Of a DNA stretch of 64,000 nt, positions 1 to 10,500 are shown piece by piece. This DNA is from Auanema rhodensis (Eukaryota > Animalia > Nematoda): NCBI GenBank assembly GCA_964057225.1, contig OZ059900.1:25544001-25608000 (forward strand). Reading direction: 5' to 3'. The notes below the pieces were generated by a model. It was given only the letters and a program-made list of their open reading frames with translations. It ran no database searches and was not told where the DNA came from. A program made the translations under genes and the position numbers. Every line of letters begins with the position of its first letter. Positions within the stretch are counted from its first letter, which is position 1.

Positions 1-342
1 CCTGTTTTTTTGTCGTGAAAGTGGAACTAGACGTTGTACGAACAATTTTGAGCTAGGTTTCATTGACATTGCATGAGTTTGAACACATGAAATCGTAAGT
101 CAAAACCTTGTTTACAGCGAAATTTCCAAAAACTGGTTTTCCAGCATAATAAAATATTTCTCATGGGAAATACTGTGTTTTTGTATTTTTCTAGTGTTCA
201 GCATGTAAAATGCTTCATTTTAGTATGTAACACGCTGAAATTCGTTGCATTTGACGACTCATATGAACAAAAATCGATTTATTCAATATTAGCCATAAGG
301 GGTGTGCCCTCAGAATATGCTAATTTCCTTAATTTTCTAACC
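1..342 (+). repeat. Representative 342-bp monomer (arbitrary phase; differs from consensus at positions 282 and 303)
   Basis: The consensus reads ...aaatcgatttaatcaatattagccataaggggcgtgccc...; a hand count gives ~116/342 G+C and 10 CpG, with many A/T tracts and short palindromes. Confidence 0.97.
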
Positions 343-3300
343 CCTGTTTTTTTGTCGTGAAAGTGGAACTAGACGTTGTACGAACAATTTTGAGCTAGGT
401 TTCATTGACATTGCATCAGTTTGAACACATGAAATCGTAAGTCAAAACCTTGTTTACAGCGAAATTTCCAAAAACTGGTTTTCCAGCATAATAAAATATT
501 TCTCATGGGAAATACTGTGTTTTTGTATTTTTCTAGTGTTCAGCATGTAAAATGCTTCATTTTAGTATGTAACACGCTGAAATTCGTTGCATTTGACGAC
601 TCATATGAACAAAAATCGATTTATTCAATATTAGCCATAAGGGGCGTGCCCTCAGAATATGCTAATTTCCTTAATTTTCTAACCCCTGTTTTTTTGTCGT
701 GAAAGTGGAACTAGACGTTGTACGAACAATTTTGAGCTAGGTTTCATTGACATTGCATGAGTTTGAACACATGAAATCGTAAGTCAAAACCTTGTTTACA
801 GCGAAATTTCCAAAAACTGGTTTTCCAGCATAATAAAATATTTCTCAAGGGAAAAACTGTGTTTTTATATTTTTCTAGTGTTCAGCATGTAAAATGCTTC
901 ATTTTAGTATGTAACACGGTGAAATTCCTTGCATTTGACGACTCATATGAACAAAAATCGATTTAATCAATATTAGCCATAAGGGGCGTGCCCTCAGAAT
1001 ATGCTAATTTCCTTAATTTTCTAACCCCTGTTTTTTTGTCGTGAAAGTGGAACTAGACGTTGTACGAACAATTTTGAGCTAGGTTTCATTGACATTGCAT
1101 GAGTTTGAACACATGAAATCGTAAGTCAAAACCTTGTTTACAGCGAAATTTCCAAAAACTGGTTTTCCAGCATAATAAAATATTTCTCATGGGAAAAACT
1201 GTGTTTTTGTATTTTTTTAATGTTCAGCATGTAGAATGCTTCATTTTGATATGTAAAACGCTGAAATTCGTTGCATTTGACGACTCATATGAACAAAAAT
1301 CGATTTTATCAATATTAGCCATAAGGGGCGTGCCCTCAGAATATGCTAATTTCCTTAATTTTCTAACCCCTGTTTTTTTGTCGTGAAAGTGGAACTAGAC
1401 GTTGTACGAACAATTTTGAGCTAGGTTTCATTGACATTGCATGAGTTTTAACACATGAAATCGTAAGTCAAAACCTTGTTTACAGCGAAATTTCCAAAAA
1501 CTGGTTTTCCAGCATAATAAAATATTTCTCATGGGAAATACAGTGTTTTTGTATTTTTTTAGTGTTCAGCATGTAAAATCCGTCATTTTTGTATGTAAAA
1601 CGCTGAAATTCGTTGCATTTGACGACTCATATGAACAAAAATCGATTTAATCAATATTAGCCATAAGGGGCGTGCCCTCAGAATATGCTAATTTCCTTAA
1701 TTTTCTAACCCCTGTTTTTTTGTCGTGAAAGTGGAACTAGACGTTGTACGAACAATTTTGAGCTAGGTTTCATTGACATTGCATGAGTTTTAACACATGA
1801 AATCGTAAGTCAAAACCTTGTTTACAGCGAAATTTATAAAACTGGTTTTCCAGCATAATAAAATATTTCTCAAGGGAAAAACTGTGTTTTTATATTTTTC
1901 TAGTGTTCAGCATGTAAAATGCTTCATTTTAGTATGTAACACGCTGAAATTCCTTGCATTTGACGACTCATATGAACAAAAATCGATTTAATCAATATTA
2001 GCCATAAGGGGCGTGCCCTCAGAATATGCTAATTTCCTTAATTTTCTAACCCCTGTTTTTTTGTCGTGAAAGTGGAACTAGACGTTGTACGAACAATTTT
2101 GAGCTAGGTTTCATTGACATTGCATGAGTTTGAACACATGAAATCGTAAGTCAAAACCTTGTTTACAGCGAAATTTCCAAAAACTGGTTTTCCAGCATAA
2201 TACAATATTTCTCATGGGAAATACTGTGTTTTTATATTTTTCTAGTGTTCAGCATGTAAAATGCTTCATTTTAGTATGTAACACGCTGAAATTCGTTGCA
2301 TTTGACGACTCATATGAACAAAAATCGATTTTATCAATATTAGCCATAAGGGGCGTGCCCTCAGAATATGCTAATTTCCTTAATTTTCTAACCCCTGTTT
2401 TTTTGTCGTGAAAGTGGAACTAGACGTTGTACGAACAGTTTTGAGCTAGGTTTCATTGACATTGCATGAGTTTGAACACATGAAATCGTAAGTCAAAACC
2501 TTGTTTACAGCGAAATTTCCAAAAACTGGTTTTCCAGCATAATAAAATATTTCTCATGGGAAATACTGTGTTTTTGTATTTTTCTAGTGTTCAGCATGTA
2601 AAATGCTTCATTTTAGTATGTAACACGCTGAAATTCGTTGCATTTGACGACTCATATGAACAAAAATCGATTTAATCAATATTAGCCATAAGGGGCGTGC
2701 CCTCAGAATATGCTAATTTCCTTAATTTTCTAACCCCTGTTTTTTTGTCGTGAAAGTGGAACTAGACGTTGTACGAACAATTTTGAGCTAGGTTTCATTG
2801 ACATTGCATGAGTTTGAACACATGAAATCGTAAGTCAAAACCTTGTTTACAGCGAAATTTCCAAAAACTGGTTTTCCAGCATAATAAAATATTTCTCATG
2901 GGAAATACAGTGTTTTTGTATTTTTTTAGTGTTCAGCATGTAAAATGCGTCATTTTAGTATGTAAAACGCTGAAATTCGTTGCATTTGACGACTCATATG
3001 AACAAAAATCGATTTTATCAATATTAGCCATAAGGGGCGTGCCCTCAGAATATGCTAATTTCCTTAATTTTCTAACCCCTGTTTTTTTGTCGTGAAAGTG
3101 GAACTAGACGTTGTACGAACAATTTTGAGCTAGGTTTCATTGACATTGCATGAGTTTGAACACATGAAATCGTAAGTCAAAACCTTGTTTACAGCGAAAT
3201 TTCCAAAAACTGGTTTTCCAGCATAATAAAATATTTCTCAAGGGAAAAACTGTGTTTTTATATTTTTCTAGTGTTCAGCATGTAAAATGCTTCATTTTAG

Positions 3301-3419
3301 TATGTAACACGGTGAAATTCCTTGCATTTGACGACTCATATGAACAAAAATCGATTTAATCAATATTAGCCATAAGGGGCGTGCCCTCAGAATATGCTAA
3401 TTTCCTTAATTTTCTAACC

Positions 3420-6400
3420 CCTGTTTTTTTGTCGTGAAAGTGGAACTAGACGTTGTACGAACAATTTTGAGCTAGGTTTCATTGACATTGCATGAGTTTG
3501 AACACATGAAATCGTAAGTCAAAACCTTGTTTTCAGCGAAATTTCCAAAAACTGGTTTTCCAGCATAATACAATATTTCTCATAGGAAATACTGTGTTTT
3601 TGTATTTTTCTAGTGTTCAGAATGTAGAATGCTTCATTTTAGTACGTAACACGCTGAAATTCGTTGCATTTGACGACTCATATGAACAAAAATCGATTTA
3701 ATCAATATTAGCCATAAGGGGCGTGCCCTCAGAATATGCTAATTTCCTTAATTTTCTAACCCCTGTTTTTTTGTCGTGAAAGTGGAACTAGACGTTGTAC
3801 GAACAATTTTGAGCTAGGTTTCATTGACATTGCATGAGTTTGAACACATGAAATCGTAAGTCAAAACCTTGTTTACAGCGAAATTTCCAAAAACTGGTTT
3901 TCCAGCATAATAAAATATTTCTCATGGGAAATACTGTGTTTTTGTATTTTTCTAGTGTTCAGCATGTAAAATGCTTCATTTTAGTATGTAACACGCTGAA
4001 ATTCGTTGCATTTGACGACTCATATGAACAAAAATCGATTTAATCAATATTAGCCATAAGGGGCGTGCCCTCAGAATATGCTAATTTCCTTAATTTTCTA
4101 ACCCCTGTTTTTTTGTCGTGAAAGTGGAACTAGACGTTGTACGAACAATTTTGAGCTAGGTTTCATTGACATTGCATGAGTTTGAACACATGAAATCGTA
4201 AGTCAAAACCTTGTTTACAGCGAAATTTCCAAAAACTGGTTTTCCAGCATAATAAAATATTTCTCAAGGGAAAAACTGTGTTTTTATATTTTTTTAGTGT
4301 TCAGCATGTAAAATGCTTCATTTTAGTATGTAACACGGTGAAATTCCTTGCATTTGACGACTCATATGAACAAAAATCGATTTAATCAATATTAGCCATA
4401 AGGGGCGTGCCCTCAGAATATGCTAATTTCCTTAATTTTCTAACCCCTGTTTTTTTGTCGTGAAAGTGGAACTAGACGTTGTACGAACAATTTTGAGCTA
4501 GGTTTCATTGACATTGCATGAGTTTGAACACATGAAATCGTAAGTCAAAACCTTGTTTACAGCGAAATTTCCAAAAACTGGTTTTCCAGCATAATACAAT
4601 ATTTCTCATGGGAAATACTGTGTTTTTGTATTTTTCTAGTGTTCAGCATGTAAAATGCTTCATTTTAGTATGTAACACGCTGAAATTCGTTGCATTTAAC
4701 GACTCATATGAACAAAAATCGATTTAATCAATATTAGCCATAAGGGGCGTGCCCTCAGAATATGCTAATTTCCTTAATTTTCTAACCCCTGTTTTTTTGT
4801 CGTGAAAGTGGAACTAGACGTTGTACGAACAATTTTGAGCTAGGTTTCATTGACATTGCATGAGTTTGAACACATGAAATCGTAAGTCAAAACCTTGTTT
4901 ACAGCGAAATTTCCAAAAACTGGTTTTCCAGCATAATAAAATATTTCTCATGGGAAATACAGTGTTTTTGTATTTTTTTAGTGTTCAGCATGTAAAATGC
5001 GTCATTTTAGTATGTAAAACGCTGAAATTCGTTGCATTTGACGACTCATATGAACAAAAATCGATTTTATCAATATTAGCCATAAGGGGCGTGCCCTCAG
5101 AATATGCTAATTTCCTTAATTTTCTAACCCCTGTTTTTTTGTCGTGAAAGTGGAACTAGACGTTGTACGAACAATTTTGAGCTAGGTTTCATTGACATTG
5201 CATGAGTTTGAACACATGAAATCGTAAGTCAAAACCTTGTTTTCAGCGAAATTTCCAAAAACTGGTTTTCCAGCATAATACAATATTTCTCATAGGAAAT
5301 ACTGTGTTTTTGTATTTTTCTAGTGTTCAGAATGTAGAATGCTTCATTTTAGTACGTAACACGCTGAAATTCGTTGCATTTGACGACTCATATGAACAAA
5401 AATCGATTTAATCAATATTAGCCATAAGGGGCGTGCCCTCAGAATATGCTAATTTCCTTAATTTTCTAACCCCTGTTTTTTTGTCGTGAAAGTGGAACTA
5501 GACGTTGTACGAACAATTTTGAGCTAGGTTTCATTGACATTGCATGAGTTTGAACACATGAAATCGTAAGTCAAAACCTTGTTTACAGCGAAATTTCCAA
5601 AAACTGGTTTTCCAGCATAATAAAATATTTCTCATGGGAAATACTGTGTTTTTGTATTTTTCTAGTGTTCAGCATGTAAAATGCTTCATTTTAGTATGTA
5701 ACACGCTGAAATTCGTTGCATTTGACGACTCATATGAACAAAAATCGATTTAATCAATATTAGCCATAAGGGGCGTGCCCTCAGAATATGCTAATTTCCT
5801 TAATTTTCTAACCCCTGTTTTTTTGTCGTGAAAGTGGAACTAGACGTTGTACGAACAATTTTGAGCTAGGTTTCATTGACATTGCATGAGTTTGAACACA
5901 TGAAATCGTAAGTCAAAACCTTGTTTACAGCGAAATTTCCAAAAACTGGTTTTCCAGCATAATAAAATATTTCTCAAGGGAAAAACTGTGTTTTTATATT
6001 TTTTTAGTGTTCAGCATGTAAAATGCTTCATTTTAGTATGTAACACGGTGAAATTCCTTGCATTTGACGACTCATATGAACAAAAATCGATTTAATCAAT
6101 ATTAGCCATAAGGGGCGTGCCCTCAGAATATGCTAATTTCCTTAATTTTCTAACCCCTGTTTTTTTGTCGTGAAAGTGGAACTAGACGTTGTACGAACAA
6201 TTTTGAGCTAGGTTTCATTGACATTGCATGAGTTTGAACACATGAAATCGTAAGTCAAAACCTTGTTTACAGCGAAATTTCCAAAAACTGGTTTTCCAGC
6301 ATAATACAATATTTCTCATGGGAAATACTGTGTTTTTGTATTTTTCTAGTGTTCAGCATGTAAAATGCTTCATTTTAGTATGTAACACGCTGAAATTCGT

Positions 6401-6839
6401 TGCATTTAACGACTCATATGAACAAAAATCGATTTAATCAATATTAGCCATAAGGGGCGTGCCCTCAGAATATGCTAATTTCCTTAATTTTCTAACCCCT
6501 GTTTTTTTGTCGTGAAAGTGGAACTAGACGTTGTACGAACAATTTTGAGCTAGGTTTCATTGACATTGCATGAGTTTGAACACATGAAATCGTAAGTCAA
6601 AACCTTGTTTACAGCGAAATTTCCAAAAACTGGTTTTCCAGCATAATAAAATATTTCTCATGGGAAATACAGTGTTTTTGTATTTTTTTAGTGTTCAGCA
6701 TGTAAAATGCGTCATTTTAGTATGTAAAACGCTGAAATTCGTTGCATTTGACGACTCATATGAACAAAAATCGATTTTATCAATATTAGCCATAAGGGGC
6801 GTGCCCTCAGAATATGCTAATTTCCTTAATTTTCTAACC
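3420..6839. repeat. Two tandem copies of a 5-monomer HOR (1710 bp)
   Basis: The order G-C-B2-H-A occurs twice. Markers 'ttttcagcg/cataggaa' lie at 3582 and 5292, 'catttaacg' is in monomers 14 and 19, and ORFs 4950 and 6660 differ by 1710. Confidence 0.9.
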
Positions 6840-7523
6840 CCTGTTTTTTTGTCGTGAAAGTGGAACTAGACGTTGTACGAACAATTTTGAGCTAGGTTTC
6901 ATTGACATTGCATGAGTTTGAACACATGAAATCGTAAGTCAAAACCTTGTTTACAGCGAAATTTCCAAAAACTGGTTTTCCAGCATAATACAATATTTCT
7001 CATGGGAAATACTGTGTTTTTGTATTTTTCTAGTGTTCAGAATGTAGAATGCTTCATTTTAGTACGTAACACGCTGAAATTCGTTGCATTTGACGACTCA
7101 TATGAACAAAAATCGATTTAATCAATATTAGCCATAAGGGGCGTGCCCTCAGAATATGCTCATTTCCTTAATTTTCTAACCCCTGTTTTTTTGTCGTGAA
7201 AGTGGAACTAGACGTTGTACAAACAATTTTGAGCTAGGTTTCATTGACATTGCATGAGTTTGAACACATGAAATCGTAAGTCAAAACCTTGTTTACAGCG
7301 AAATTTCCAAAAACTGGTTTTCCAGCATAATAAAATATTTCTCATGGGAAATACTGTGTTTTTGTATTTTTCTAGTGTTCAGCATGTAAAATGCTTCATT
7401 TTAGTATGTAACACGCTGAAATTCGTTGCATTTGACGACTCATATGAACAAAAATCGATTTAATCAATATTAGCCATAAGGGGCGTGCCCTCAGAATATG
7501 CTAATTTCCTTAATTTTCTAACC

Positions 7524-10500
7524 CCTGTTTTTTTGTCGTGAAAGTGGAACTAGACGTTGTACGAACAATTTTGAGCTAGGTTTCATTGACATTGCATGAG
7601 TTTGAACACATGAAATCGTAAGTCAAAACCTTGTTTACAGCGAAATTTCCAAAAACTGGTTTTCCAGCATAATAAAATATTTCTCATGGGAAATACAGTG
7701 TTTTTGTATTTTTTTAGTGTTCAGCATGTGAAATGCGTCATTTTAGTATGTAAAACGCTGAAATTCGTTGCATTTGACGACTCATATGAACAAAAATCGA
7801 TTTTATCAATATTAGCCATAAGGGGCGTGCCCTCAGAATATGCTAATTTCCTTAATTTTCTAACCCCTGTTTTTTTGTCGTGAAAGTGGAACCAGACGTT
7901 GTACGAACAATTTTGAGCTAGGTTTCATTGACATTGCATGAGTTTGAACACATGAAATCGTAAGTCAAAACCTTGTTTACAGCGAAATTTCCAAAAACTG
8001 GTTTTCCAGCATAATACAATATTTCTCATGGGAAATACTGTGTTTTTGTATTTTTCTAGTGTTCAGAATGTAGAATGCTTCATTTTAGTACGTAACACGC
8101 TGAAATTCGTTGCATTTGACGACTCATATGAACAAAAATCGATTTAATCAATATTAGCCATAAGGGGCGTGCCCTCAGAATATGCTAATTTCCTTAATTT
8201 TCTAACCCCTGTTTTTTTGTCGTGAAAGTGGAACTAGACGTTGTACGAACAATTTTGAGCTAGGTTTCATTGACATTGCATGAGTTTGAACACATGAAAT
8301 CGTAAGTCAAAACCTTGTTTACAGCGAAATTTCCAAAAACTGGTTTTCCAGCATAATAAAATATTTCTCATGGGAAATACTGTGTTTTTGTATTTTTCTA
8401 GTGTTCAGCATGTAAAATGCTTCATTTTAGTATGTAACACGCTGAAATTCGTTGCATTTGACGACTCATATGAACAAAAATCGATTTAATCAATATTAGC
8501 CATAAGGGGCGTGCCCTCAGAATATGCTAATTTCCTTAATTTTCTAACCCCTGTTTTTTTGTCGTGAAAGTGGAACTAGACGTTGTACGAACAATTTTGA
8601 GCTAGGTTTCATTGACATTGCATGAGTTTGAACACATGAAATCGTAAGTTAAAACCTTGTTTACAGCGAAATTTCCAAAAACTGGTTTTCCAGCATAATA
8701 AAATATTTCTCATGGGAAATACAGTGTTTTTGTATTTTTTTAGTGTTCAGCATGTAAAATGCGTCATTTTAGTATGTAAAACGCTGAAATTCGTTGCATT
8801 TGACGACTCATATGAACAAAAATCGATTTTATCAATATTAGCCATAAGGGGCGTGCCCTCAGAATATGCTAATTTCCTTAATTTTCTAACCCCTGTTTTT
8901 TTGTCGTGAAAGTTCAACTAGACGTTGTACGAACAATTTTGAGCTAGGTTTCATTGACATTGCATGAGTTTGAACACATGAAATCGTAAGTCAAAACCTT
9001 GTTTACAGCGAAATTTCCAAAAACTGGTTTTCCAGCATAATAAAATATTTCTCAAGGGAAAAACTGTGTTTTTATATTTTTCTAGTGTTCAGCATGTGAA
9101 ATGCTTAATTTTAGTATGTAACACGCTGAAATTTGTTGCATTTGACGACTCATATGAACAAAAATCGATTTAATCAATATTAGCCATAAGGGGCGTGCCC
9201 TCAGAATATGCTAATTTCCTTAATTTTCTAACCCCTGTTTTTTTGTCGTGAAAGTGGAACTAGACGTTGTACGAACAATTTTGAGCTAGGTTTCATTGAC
9301 ATTGCATGAGTTTGAACACATGAAATCGTAAGTCAAAACCTTGTTTACAGCGAAATTTCCAAAAACTGGTTTTCCAGCATAATAAAATATTTCTCATGGG
9401 AAATACTGTGTTTTTGTATTTTTTTAGTGTTCAGCATGTAAAATGCGTCATTTTAGTATGTAAAACGCTGAAATTCGTTGCATTTGACGACTCATATGAA
9501 CAAAAATCGATTTAATCAATATTAGCCATAAGGGGCGTGCCCTCAGAATATGCTAATTTCCTTAATTTTCTAACCCCTGTTTTTTTGTCGTGAAAGTGGA
9601 ACTAGACGTTGTACGAACAATTTTGAGCTAGGTTTCATTGACATTGCATGAGTTTGAACACATGAAATCGTAAGTCAAAACCTTGTTTACAGCGAAATTT
9701 CCAAAAACTGGTTTTCCAGCATAATAAAATATTTCTCATGGGAAATACTGTGTTTTTGTATTTTTCTAGTGTTCAGCATGTAAAATGCTTCATTTTAGTA
9801 TGTAACACGCTGAAATTCGTTGCATTTGACGACTCATATGAACAAAAATCGATTTAATCAATATTAGCCATAAGGGGCGTGCCCTCAGAATATGCTAATT
9901 TCCTTAATTTTCTAACCCCTGTTTTTTTGTTGTGAAAGTGGAACTAGACGTTGTACGAACAATTTTGAGATAGGTTTCATTGACATTGCATGAGTTTGAA
10001 CACATGAAATCGTAAGTCAAAACCTTGTTTACAGCGAAATTTCCAAAAACTGGTTTTCCAGCATAATAAAATATTTCTCTTGGGAAATACTGTGTTTTTG
10101 TATTTTTCTAGTGTTCAGCATGTAAAATGCTTCATTTTAGTATGTAACACGCTGAAATTCGTTGCATTTGACGACTCATATGAACAAAAATCGATTTAAT
10201 CAATATTAGCCATAAGGGGCGTGCCCTCAGAATATGCTAATTTCCTTAATTTTCTAACCCCTGTTTTTTTGTCGTGAAAGTGGAACTAGACGTTGTACGA
10301 ACAATTTTGAGCTAGGTTTCATTGACATTGCATCAGTTTGAACACATGAAATCGTAAGTCAAAACCTTGTTTACAGCGAAATTTCCAAAAACTGGTTTTC
10401 CAGCATAATAAAATATTTCTCATGGGAAATACTGTGTTTTTGTATTTTTCTAGTGTTCAACATGTAAAATTCTTCATTTTAGTATGTAACACGCTGAAAT

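Noticed and set aside
158-169. Overlapping CSL/Su(H)-like sites (ATGGGAA on +, ATGAGAA on -)
   Set aside because: They match only the relaxed RTGRGAA consensus, overlap rather than having paired-site spacing, are lost in the caagg haplotypes, and have no gene context.
240-256. CENP-B box-like motif (attcgttgcatttgacg)
   Set aside because: It matches the TTCG and A of NTTCGNNNNANNCGGGN but lacks the CGGG half (only ~6 of 9 essential bases).
1-342. Primate alpha-satellite dimer (2x171 bp) or a named ~340-bp insect/plant satellite
   Set aside because: Only the length agrees; I see no convincing match to the alphoid consensus, and length alone cannot identify a family. A BLASTN/Dfam/Repbase search is required.
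1-342. Tandem 5S rRNA, tRNA or snRNA gene unit
   Set aside because: No recognisable 5S, tRNA cloverleaf, Pol III A/B/C box or snRNA sequence is present on either strand.
337-344. Telomere-like ctaacccc (GGGGTTAG on the minus strand)
   Set aside because: It is a single copy per monomer, not tandem, and expected by chance.
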